A stretch of 64,000 nt of DNA. Source: Rhizodiscina lignyota (lineage: Eukaryota). Positions 38,774 through 50,159 of this stretch are shown piece after piece (within the stretch, counting starts at the first letter, position 1; each line of letters opens with the position of its first letter). The notes below the pieces were generated by a model. That model had not been told where the DNA came from and ran no database searches. It saw only the letters and a list, made by a program, of their open reading frames with translations. The DNA is taken from assembly GCA_010015805.1 (NCBI GenBank), contig ML978123.1, positions 186,001 to 250,000 on the forward strand. Direction: 5' to 3'. The position numbers and the translations under genes are program-made.

Positions 38774-40926
38774 CTATGTCCCTGAGTCTTCTGTACTTTT
38801 GGTACTCTTAAAATGCTGCGGTATCCGAAGCTCCAGGAGTTGGCCCGCGTGCTTGACTCGACGAGAATTGTATTTCAGAAATATAGTACTCTCAATCGGA
38901 ATTTTGTCACATAGCGTCTCACTTTGTCCATTGGTGGTAAGGAGCAGATTAAAAACCGGCTTATCGTCTCGTTGGCGGCTCAAGAGAATGTCAAGGAGGT
39001 TTGAGCATATTCTTGTGTCGCGGCCATAGTCGAGTTCCGCTAGGTTGTCAATGATACAGTACGGAATATGCTGTGTGTGAGCTAGCAGATCTTCCAGAAG
39101 CTCAAGTGCTGCGTTGCATGACTTTGTAGTTCCATCCAGCTGCTCGAGTCGTTCAAGGCTTAGATCCACGTCTCCATCCATGTCCTTAAAATCCAGAAGT
39201 TGGATGATGAGACTATACAACAGCCCGAGGAGGCCGAGCTCTTCAGCGCTCGCGCCCTTGGTGATCTGGTCCACATCTGGCAGCTCGCAGAAATGTGAGA
39301 TGAAAGGCGCCTTTGCACCTAAAGCAGCCGCAAGGGCACCAAATGCTATGGTCTTTGAGCAGTTGTCTGTTGAATGCATTTCCGGTTGGCCTGTGACCCA
39401 AAGAGTACTTGATGTCGCTGTTGAGCCGAGCCACTCTGATAAACTCTCTATCGCTTCGGGCTCCGCGAACCAGCGCTGCTGGTCACTGAGAAGGGCCAGT
39501 CCGCTGTTTCCAATAAGTTTGTCCTTGAATTCGCGCACATGTCTCAGAGCTATTTCGCGGCTGTGCCGAGGAGGGGCGTCTTCTAATAACTCGATACTAC
39601 GGCTGAATTGCTCTGGCATTCGGACCGCGTTGTCGGGCATAGATTGCGATTGAATTATCGAGTGAAGCAGCCGGACTGCCAACAGACCAACGCCTTGATT
39701 GAAGAATGCACTATTTCTTGATTCAGCAGCGAGCTCTTCAAATTTGTGTTCGATATTATGTGCTAATCTTTGATGACCAGCATGAAGTTCATTCAATTTG
39801 TCGTTGACCTCTTCGACACCGAGTCGTGTATCTCGCAGTTCGGCGGCTGATGCCAACTCTCGGTCACGATGCATCTCTGAGATGTGTCTACGGATGTTCG
39901 CAACGGTCCCGTCGACTCGCTTCGGCAGAGCATCGCTGAAGCTCGCTCGGAACCGGGAGGTTGAGGAAGACGTGTACCATTTGATTGCTTCCGTGAACAG
40001 CTGGAAAATGGCCTCATAAATGTCCGCCAGGTGTCTTTGCATGACCTTGGTGTTGAATAAATCGATCAGCTGAACGCATCGTGCCGCCTCTTTCGTGACT
40101 TGCTCCACAGAGCTCGCCAAAGTTTCGCCGAGCTTTGAATGAGTCGTTGATGCCTTTGAGTTTTAGCCCGTTGTGCACGCCAGCTGCTGCTCATTTGTGG
40201 CACTCACATGGACCAACACGGTCACGACTCCGCAGAAAACCGAGAAGTACCTGTCCTCCGTTGGAAAGATGGAGAAGATTTCAGAATGGTTTTCAAGCGT
40301 TCCACAGATGGCGTGAAAATGTCTCGAGATCTTGGACCCGAGTCAGCCAAGTTACTCTATTGCCGCATGGTCTGCTGGTTCAAAAGAGCCAACCCGACCC
40401 CGGGACCTCACCTTGCTTTGCTTTGCATCTAGCGTCTTGCCCAAATCTTGGACTGCCTCCTCAACATCATGGATGTCCTCGATAGCAATCTTGGACAGCT
40501 CCTCTTTCGTTTGCTTCTGTCTCATCTGCGTCCTCCTGCGGATACGAAAGACGGAGTCCCTCGCTTTACCCTGCGGCAGACTCTGAATTGCGGCCTCCCA
40601 TTGCTGGATCAAAGCGGCTTGCGCATTTTTCGCTTCTTGGAAAGGGCTTTTGAAGTTGTTAGAATGGTCGATATTTCAATCGACAAGTTGTAGGCAGCAA
40701 CATACGGGACGCTCTCTCCTACCGTCTCGTACAGGTAATTGAACCGACGCCGTCCAGCTTCTTCAGTTTCAATGTCCAGTGTTTGCTGAGCTATTCTGGT
40801 TCTTGACTCGAGCCTTGTCTCGGATGTCATCTCATCTGTGAATCTCCGCACCAAGACATTTGCCACACCGTTGTTCTCCATCTGGGAGACGAAACTGTTA
40901 TCAGACCCGTCAGAAAGATGGCCCAT
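38774..40926 (-). CDS. Fungal NACHT/STAND-related protein: helical N-terminal region plus degenerate NTPase domain, no repeat sensor
   Basis: Spliced FHAICGTLENHSEIFSIFPTEDRYFSVFCGVV..LVHAS..H helical region; LSEWL...STLWVTG without GKS/T; LLYSLIIQLL; YCIIDNL; FNLLLTT. Confidence 0.7.
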
Positions 40927-41763
40927 TCATGCTCCGTCAAATACTTCTGTAAACGCTTAAATGGAAATGAGCGGAGCAGAACTCCATCGAAGCGATTTGG
41001 CCTCGACTATATCAAGTTTCAGCCTTCTCATCTTCAGCCTTGCTACCCTTGCTGCACATGCGAAGGTCTTCCCCACATTTTCCTCGCATACATTATTTAA
41101 TTCAGCCCGTCGCTATTATCTTCTCCCGTCTCTATGCAAGGCAGGACACTTTCTGGTCTAATTCAAGCCGACATGTTCTGGCTTTGTCTCTTTCTGCAAC
41201 CTCCGGTGGCCCGCTTGCAACCCTCACAGCCTGATATGCCATGCCAACTAATAATATGTTCATTTCCTATGCCATGTTCGCTGTGAGGCTGGCGACGTCC
41301 AACACTATTCCTCGCAGAAGGCTACAATTTATCGTCGCTTCTACACAACCCAAAGCTATATCTCTCTCCTTTTCGAGCTCCTTTCAACTTCAGAGGCGTC
41401 TCGTTCCCATAAAATGGCTAATAGACGTCCTCTCGCTATTTGGGACGAGATACGAGATTATCCGTCGAGTCTGCCTGATCTGTCATCACCTAATTTCATG
41501 GACGAGAGCTGCGATTCCTGTCCTCTCTGCAACCTTTGCTCTGAATATTAGCATCTCCTTCTTCCCAAAATGCGTAGCTTATAACATGAGGTGACCAGAC
41601 CTGTTTCTATTATATCGCTGGCGTCCACTAGATGACGCCGAAAGCTGCTGTATGCCCTGTATATAGCCGTGGTCACAAACCTATGCATCACCAATCCTAG
41701 AGTCACCAACAAATACGACGCCTGCAAGACCCATTATAAACACATCCCATGCATATACCCATC

Positions 41764-43007
41764 TCACGTCTCCCTCGTTATCGTCTTGAACACCCTCTCC
41801 ATCACGTCCCACCGTAGATCCCACACGCGATCGTGGTCCGACCCCGTAACCGTCTCGCTCGCAAACTCCACGCCATCCACGTCCCTCCAGCATGCCTCGA
41901 ACCACTTGCTTCCTTTGGTGCCTGCATCGCCAATCAGGACGTCTTTCTCCGCAAAGAACACGTCCACCTTCAGCCTAGCTCCCCTAACATCCCGCACCGC
42001 TTCGGCCAGGCGCGGCGCCAGCACGTCAACGTCGCCCCAGTCAGACCACCCGTCCTTCTCGACGCCGTTGCGCAGCAGCAACTGCGTCTCCTGGCCCAGC
42101 CCACGCACGCTACCCGCGAAGACATGCTTCACTATACGGTCACGCACGCCCTCCTCGAAGTCGACGTCCGGGCCCTCACGACCCATGGGCTTCGCCTGGG
42201 GCCAGAGCTGCAGTACGCTACCGGAGACGGCGGCGCTGACACCCAACGTAGGGCCCAGTGAGTTGATAAATGTGGCCATCTTATCGGTCTGGGCGACCAG
42301 CGAGCGCGGCAGAGAGGAGGCCAGCGACATGATAAACATGCCCGAATGCGACGAGTGGACCCAGGGGCCGGCGATGGCGATGTACGGCCGCGATGGGTGT
42401 AGGAGCAGCGGATTATGAACGGCGAAGTCGAGCCCGAAGATGGTGCCGCCGCTGTGGCAGCCTATAGAGACATGCTTGATGCCAAGGTGGTTGAGTAGGG
42501 CGGGAATGGCTTCTGTAGATAAGAGTCAGTACCTCCGTAATGTGCGTTTCTTGGTCGCATCGTTCAGGAGAATATATCTGAATCAGACGACTCACCTCGC
42601 CAAACCTCGAGCAGCTTCTCGGCGGGCACGCTGTCCGTCTTGCCAATGCCCGGGCGCTCTGCGCTCACGATGCGGACCTTATACCTCTTCGCCAGCCCAT
42701 CCTTTGCAGCATGGAACAGCCGTGAAGACATGAGCGGCCCGAAGAACAAGAGCACTTGCTCCTCACCATCGTCGTCGCCGGCATCTTCGCGATGAAAGCC
42801 AAAGTCGGCGTAGGAGACCTGGAAGGGCTTTGGGCGGCCGCGCGACGGGTCGGCCGGTAGCTGGAAGGTCCGGTTGAGGCGAGGGTCGTTGATATAGGCG
42901 GTGAACTCGTCTGCGGAGAGGGTTTTAGCTGCGCCGGTTTGGGAGGATGACGCGGTGGCTTTCGTTGCTGTAGTTGGAGAGGCAGAGGGCATGTCTGGCG
43001 AGGCCAT
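41764..43007 (-). CDS. Alpha/beta hydrolase, 2 exons
   Basis: VSYADFG, ERPGIGKTD, spliced HLGIKHVSIGCHSGG, FAEKDVLIG, GSDHD. Confidence 0.85.
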
Positions 43008-43473
43008 GGCGAGAGGCACTGCGGAATAGCAGCCAATCGTTTATGCTTCGGACTCGGGTAGACACGTCGATTGCATGCCCTGCTAGTGAAAAGCCGCCTA
43101 TTTGACCTGCCCAGGTCGTCTTGCTTGAAATTGCTCCGCAAATCAACCTTCAGGCAGTCAGGCGTGTGGCTGAGAGCTAAGAACCATGCGGACCGGCATC
43201 ATGTTGAAGCGTTTCTCACCGGCGAGAAACCTTCTATCAGGTATATGTGCCTGTTTCTCGCCATCAGCTTTTATGCGCAACGCTCCTGTCTATGTTCGCA
43301 AGCGCCCTTTTCATTTCCTTCCTGTGAGCAGTTGCGGCTTCGTTCCGTCAATAAAATCTCTGGGAGAATGCGCACAAGTCGCCAACTACTTCCCCAATAC
43401 GGAATATCTGGTAGCCTCACTAGCCTTACGACTCCGACTCGGAGGCACCGCGTAGAAAAGTAGCTCGTACAAC

Positions 43474-46400
43474 ATGTCCGAGTCGCATAGCAGGGATCTC
43501 GCAAGTGTCATTGCTTCACTACGTTCACTTGAGACAGGGCAGCAGGGCGAAGGGCATAATGACATTCTCTCAGCCTTGGTTAGTATCGCTGAAAAGATTG
43601 ATGGCGAACCCCCGAACATGATAAAAGGCGTGGGAACGGGCAAGCCTCAAGAATCCCGGCCGGATGACGAGAGCGAGGAACCGGGTGGTATCATAACGGA
43701 GGCCGTATTGCACGGAGGCATTTATTTGAAAATACCTGGACTGGGAAAAAAAGCTACCATGATACCTCTGAAGTCGTGTTACACTTGGCAGGTGTGTTCA
43801 GCACTCGGCCATGTTCCAAAATCCTAACGCATCCTAGAAACTCCGTCGCCGCATTAGCTCATTGCTCGACGAAGAAGCCGATGCACGCTCAGCCCTAGAG
43901 GATGGGGAGTTTGTGCTGTCCTGTTCTGCCCCGTATCCTAGCAGTCGCTGCATCATCAAGCCCGAAGAATGGGCATTTCTGCTGACAGTGGGTATGCAAT
44001 GTGAAGTATCTATAAAGGGTCTTGACAAGGAATACGATCAATCCACTCAAGACTCACGAGATGGTTCTCCAGATGGACGGTCAAGTTCAGAGGATCGCGA
44101 AGCTCGAGACGAGAAGAAAGAGGAGCCAGCTTTCTCTCTGAAGACGGAATATACCACGGAATTTTATGAGAAAGGTGAGCGTGGGAATGATACGTTCCTC
44201 TACAGTACTACCTCAGAATTCCCCTTGCCCTTTAGAAAGGACACGACAAAGGATGTGCCTATCCTCGAAGAAGTGCGGCGCGTTATTCGCCGTTTTGCAA
44301 ATTCTGCACATGCGCCTGCATTTTATCCTCCTCCTCTGCGTCCTCCCCGAGGCCGAAAGTCCGGGAACGATACTCAGATCAAAGACACGCCCAAGGAATA
44401 TCGAACTATGATTGAGAACGACCAAATCACGAAGATTCAGCTGTATATACGCTCACAGCCCCTCTTGAATGCTCTCAGATCTGTCGTTACTTACTCTTCG
44501 GATGAACACTCTGGCGAGGATCTCGAGGAAGGATTATTCGACTACCCTTACCAATTACTATACCACTACAAGGATGAACTCGAAGTGTATGGGAACTGTG
44601 GCAATTGCAACCATACTCCAGAACGGAATCGAGAAACGAAAGAACACATTGCTCACCTCATCTCTTTCCTATACAGTCAGACCAGTGTGAACCTTGCTGA
44701 GGTGGAGAAGAATTGGAACGATCCGGTCCCCGTTGTTAACTTCAAAGATTTATGGTTGCTGTACAAGCCCGGCCAAGACATGTACGTGAAGGAGGACGGA
44801 GGTATGAACGCTTATGTGCTGGATACTGTCGGCGGCCCGGTCCCTACTGCTTCGGGAGAGATGGACAGCACTAATAACTGCTTTCTTGACCTTTGGAACA
44901 TCGATTTTGACGGGGATACCCTTGGACGGTCTGCAAAGTCCGCGCGTGTTGGATTCTTCGAAGGGCCCCGCGAGATAACGAGTTTATCCCTCTACCCGCG
45001 AAAGTTCCACAAGAAACCCGACGACATGGCACAAACACTCATAGACCGTGGGAAAAGGTTCTTCGAGCTATCAAAAGGCCCATGTTTGCAGGAGTACAGT
45101 GGCCATGGAAAATTTCATGGACTGAAACGCGTGAGTATAACCCGGGTCCCAGCATACATGAAGATGGCGCTCTAAAGAGCTCTTTCCGCATTCGGACTAT
45201 GGTAATTGCTTTCAGAATCCACACTGACTATCTCAGTACCGCCGACAAAGGGTCATGACGGACCACAGCAGTCGACCATGGGAATTTGAGGAGCTTGATG
45301 ATCAGGACGTCCACATTCCACGACGCGAGGTTGAAAAGAGGCGGAAAAAGCGGATATTTGATCCATACTATCCCATGTCCCCTCCCCGAGAGTCGCAACA
45401 TGTAGGGGCTGGAGCATTGGCGAAAGGCTGTCGTTGTGATCAGTGCATGCCCCCAGATGGCCCAAACCTTAGGCTGGCAGATTTTCATGTACCATTTTCT
45501 GAGTATGACGACATCAAACCCCGAGAGTGCAAAGAATTGACTCCGCATCAATACCTGCTTTGCTCACCCTTATTTTATGCCTTCATGCTCAAAGATCGAA
45601 TCTGGGGTGAGTACAATATACGAAACTGTGGAGGCTCGAGACTCATTATAAACCTCAGATCTGGTCCACGTATCAGGCCTTCGGGAGCCAAACTTCAATC
45701 GCACCGCTATTGAGAGTCTCGTCATGCCCCAGAAAACCAAAGAGATCATTAGAGCAATTTGCAAAACGTACTTGCAACGAATGTCGGGGAAACAGTTCTT
45801 CACTGCAGATTTTATTCAGGGCAAGGGTGAAGGCCAGATATTCCTCTTGCACGGGCCGCCAGGTACCGGAAAGACTCTCACTGCTGGTACGTGGACGTCG
45901 GTGGGATCTCCTCTTTAAACAATCCAACAGCATACTGATCAAGCTCCAGAGTGTGTCGCTGAATACACTGGCCGCCCACTGCTTTCCATTACCGCTGGTG
46001 ATTTGGGTCATGAGCCAGGCGAGTTAGAGAGAAAATTGCTGAAATATTTCCGAAACGGGAATGATTGGGATGCTGTCATCTTACTTGATGAAGCCGACGT
46101 GTTCTTGCATGATAGAGGGGAAGATGACCTGAAGCGGAATAGCATTGTATCAAGTAAGTCCAAATTGCGTCTTTCGGTGTTCCCATCCCACATGTTAACA
46201 AATTCGGACTGGATCTTCGCTCACAAGAACGAAACCAAACAGTTTTCTTACGCGCTTTGGACTATTTCGAAGGCATCCTATTCCTCACGACTAATCGCGT
46301 TGGCGTCATTGACGAAGCTTTCAGCTCCCGCATCCACATGCAGCTGGGCTTCGATGAACTCAATGACGATGCCCGAAACAAAATCTGGGCTATGAACTTC

Positions 46401-46753
46401 AAAAGGCTGGAGCAGGCTGAGGCGAAGGTCGAGTACCATTGGAGAGCTGAGAGTTATGTGCAGGAAAGCGAAGACGTGAAGGACTTGCAGCTGAATGGAC
46501 GCGAAATACGAAACGGTATGGTGCATCAGTATGAATCTGCGGCGAGCCTTGTACTGACGATCTTCAAGCTTTCCAAACAGCAGTCGCTCTGGCAATGGAT
46601 GATGATCCTCAGAAGTTGACGGATAAACACCTAAAAGATGTTGTAAAGATGTCAAAGGATTTCAGGGACTATATGAAAAAGACAAGGAAGATGGACCCGC
46701 GAAAACGAGCCTATATGCTGGGGCATCGTTATGATGCTCCAAGAACAGACTAG
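43474..46753 (+). CDS. Fungal AAA+ ATPase (DUF7025-type) with N-terminal ubiquitin-like domain
   Basis: IRSQPLLNALRSVV, FKDLWLLYKPG, GPREITSL..YP, DFIQGKGEGQIFLLHGPPGTGKTLTAE, VILLDEAD, YFEGILFLTTNR, AFSSRIH, LNGREIRN; TAG at 46751-46753. Confidence 0.9.
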
Positions 46754-47100
46754 ATATGGTATGGGAACAATTTCAGGTCCTCGAGTTCCTGTTATTGGTG
46801 TCGGTGTAATTAGAGTGCCGGAGAATATTCAGAGCTACGAAGTACAGAGTGTTCCCCTCACGGACACTCGTTTCGTTTTCCTAGTTTCGTTTGTGTTCGA
46901 TTCTAAGCGGAATGTGCAAGTACTGCAAGGATTTTTGTAATTGTGCAATCTATGTTCTAATCCATTGCACCGACTATTCTGCCCGTTGCGGCAAAAGAAA
47001 ATGAGTGCAAGCCGTAAGGGCAATGAAATCGTGAAACCACCAGCATCATCCATGCGGAGGCTCTATCAAGAGACCAGCCGTTAGGGTTTCCGTGAACTGA

Positions 47101-48300
47101 TCACTCGAAACCCGGATTATTCTCCGCTTCGTCCTCTTTTTCCTCATATCCAGGTCCCCAGTCTTCTTCTTCTTCTTCATCCGGATCACCCAAGATGACC
47201 ATGCTCTGAGATTTCGGCGACTTCGGCGACTTCTTCTTCTTCTTGTCTGCCAGCAGTGCAACCGCATTTGTCTCGACAATGCGTCCAATACTGTCCTCTG
47301 CAACGGCAACGATGGTATCATCTGTGACCACTTCGGAGGGATCGATTTCGGCGACAGGCTGAAAGTTGTCCATCTTGGCTGGGATGATGCCGTTGTGCAC
47401 TTAAGATAGGTGATGAACTTGCTTATAGTTGAGCCCTTATAACCCCGGACAATCTCCAGCTGGCGGAATTGGCCGACCATGAATCCAAGAGAACGGGGGC
47501 GCGTGAGTGCCAGGCAGCCAGATTGATGCGTGGTGGAGATTTGAGGAATCCCATGGCCTTTGTTCGAGAGTAGTCTTGGATCACGATCTCCTTTTCCAAG
47601 CCAGGTACGGGGGTGACAAAATAGTTAAGTCCTGTAAAGTTTAAACGTATTGAGCAAAAGCGAGTTTTCCTCTTCAACGCTAGCGAGAGCATCTCTGAAA
47701 GTTCGATAAATTATATACTAGAGTTCCTTTATCTAAAATACACAGCTTTAGCGTATATACTTATATTAACTATCGAGGATATACATCCTTGTAGTTCTAT
47801 ATATTGCAGTCAGGACTCAACTGTTTTGTGACCCACTTGCCAGGGTACTTGTCAAAGGTCTGTAGCTCACCAGGTAAGCCCGGCAGCGAAGTCCAGGATG
47901 ATGATCCGCGATAGCCTGGAGAACCTTCGAGAAGAGTGACACTTGGCCGCGATAGCCCGTAATTACCGCAATCTCTGATGGCGGGATAACTTTCATAAGC
48001 TCATCATCTTGAAGGAGGGTTACCAAGATATGATAAATCACTGCCGCAGTGGCCTGGTTGGCGTAAGAGGTACTGACCCGAAACTCATCGTCGCCGGGAA
48101 TTGGCATGGCCACGAAATTGCTAGGGACAAATGGGTCGCTGGAGGCCGATTCAAGACAGCCGTTGTTATGTTCTCGCTCAACCCAGTCTCTTGCAGCCTG
48201 AACCTCTGGACGGTCCTCAACGGATAGATGAGTGGCTAGCCGGTCGTTGTACAGTATGGCAGATACCGGTTTGCAAATACTCTGAGGATATCTTCTCTGC
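47101..48300 (-). pseudogene. Upf1/Dna2/Sen1-like SF1 helicase C-terminal (AAA_12) remnant
   Basis: RRYPQSICKPVSAILYNDRL, SYANQATA, EIAVITGYRGQV, GLEKEIVIQD.SRT..MGFL...RINLA..SRA; frameshifts, an AT-rich TpA-laden patch at ~47620-47810, no Walker A half. Confidence 0.75.
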
Positions 48301-48986
48301 TCCTAGAGAATGGAGACGGGTATGCCTGTCATACGAAGTCGTGCCAGTAGAAGCAGTCTCAGTTGTGCGACTAAGGGATCTTGGTCGAATTGGACGTGCG
48401 GAGCCACCTCAAGTTAAGCGAGAGTACCTCTAGAAAGTCAGTCATATATTCTTTAGAGTGTAAAGTTACAGCTTGCACATGTAGGTCCAGCTTCGATTTG
48501 ATTATGTGCAGACGGCCACCTTACAGCTTGCGCAGATGGATCCAGTTTCGCTCCAATTAAATACACCTCCACAGTCTCCGCCCTGCGCATTGATATTGAG
48601 CTTTAGTTCGATTATATACAGGGGTTCAACTTAGAATTTATCCCAGTTTACGTATAGAGGTCGGCATGGCTTAGTAATCTCCTCCAGCTGATGAACTGCG
48701 GGCCTGCGGCATGCCACTCTGATACGCGGAATGAGACTTCCTCTTTGGCAGCTTATTGTAGAGCTTTCAACTGGAGGCACGCAACATGATAACGCCTATT
48801 CTTCTGCAGAGAATGCTGGTAGACTTTAGGGAGCAGGTCCTCCCTACACTTAGGATCCGAATGTGCAGCGGCGAACATAACATCAATCTCCGTGGTACTG
48901 AAGCTGTGTACAGAACGATACTTATAGGGTATCTGGTGCTCGAGTCCGAGGTAACAGTCCACGTATTGCTCGTTCGACTTAGGGCG

Positions 48987-49241
48987 CAGTAAGGCGATCC
49001 TTGAAATCCCAAGTGAGGCGAAATTCGAGTCGGGAGTCGGAGTGTTCATTGAAGTTTGAGCTTTGGTGTATACACTATCTTCTCTTACGTGCCGACCGTA
49101 CGGCTCGACCTTATATTCGATAATACGTAGGAGTTAAGTAATTACCTCGTATAGATAGATCAAGCTTTACTAGAATTTAACAAACTACCTTAGCTTTCGC
49201 CTTACGCGTGGTAGTTATGCTATAACTTGATTATAAGCGGA
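48987..49241. repeat. Chimeric copy: piece A (direct, 12841-12905) fused to piece B (inverted, 14676-14869)
   Basis: The two alignments overlap on CATTG at 49047-49051. Confidence 0.92.
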
Positions 49242-49680
49242 CCGACACACTCTGGCGATCTAGCGTGTAGAAAGTGACCGCACAATTGACTTCGCGAGTG
49301 TAGTCGTTGTTATGGAGCTCGCGCTTGTAGAACGCGTCCCAAGTCATGATGTCTGCCATGATGTTGACGGTGTGAGAAGATTCTCACGATCGAGAGTAGG
49401 AGGTGTTCAAGACGCAAGCATGACTTGATGCGCGAGAATAGGAAATTTGAAAGTGTGCTATAGCTTGTGACAGCTGAGGTGAAAAGGGAGACTGCGTGGG
49501 GGTTTTTTCTTGGCAGTGTGTGTGCGCGCGAAGGTGGTGGAGGGAAAAAGAGGTTGTGGTGTTGTTTCAAGGCCGACGCCACAAGACCACAAAACGCACG
49601 GGGCCACTCTAGCAACCATGTAGCCACGCAACAGCCACGACGTGAATTGATGGTAGCAAACAAGCGCCAGCAAACGCTTC

Positions 49681-50159
49681 GATCTTGATTGAGCGAGTTG
49701 TTATTGCTCCCTAGCTGCTCAGTGATTGTGATTGTCGCGCTGCTCGATTATCGTAATTGTCGAGGTGCGTGAGAGTGAATTGAGGGTGGAAATGAAGGGT
49801 TTTCGGTAAAGAATCCGAGAGCGGCTCCCCCGACCTCGTGGCGATAGAGTAGCTATACTCAAAGGTAACCGCGGCTACATAATCACGCCGATTGTGATTG
49901 CGTAGTGGTTATGATTCTCGATGATGATGGCGTGAGGCGATGAAGATCTTCGTTGAGCTAGTTGTTATTGTTCCACGCAGCTCAGCGATCGCGAGTTTGC
50001 AGTTGCTTGAGAGTGAGTTGAGGGTGGAAATGAAGAGTTTTCAGTAAAGAATCCGAGAGCGGCTCCCCCGACCTCGTGGCGATAGAGTAGCTATACTCAA
50101 AGGTAACCGCGGCTACATAATCACGCCGATTGTGATTGCGTAGTGGTTATGATTCTCGA
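49681..50159. repeat. Tandem duplication with two 152-bp cores 238 bp apart
   Basis: 49770-49921 vs 50008-50159 match at 149/152; more diverged similarity between ~49681-49746 and ~49945-50007. Confidence 0.95.

Noticed and set aside
47101..48300. Helitron helicase
   Set aside because: Motifs are Upf1/Dna2-type, not Pif1-type, and no HUH Rep domain is present.
49243..49306. Hammerhead-like ribozyme (CTGGCGA...GAAA within a CGACACACTC/GAGTGTAGTCG stem)
   Set aside because: The core has G at the conserved A6, and stems I and II are out of register; the segment also reads as coding on the minus strand.
49811..49860. HDV-like ribozyme (ACCTCGT resembles L3)
   Set aside because: Flanking bases do not form P3 or P1, and no P2 partner was found.
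49681..50159. CRISPR array or LTR pair
   Set aside because: Eukaryotic context, only two long units, no TG...CA ends and no internal gag/pol.
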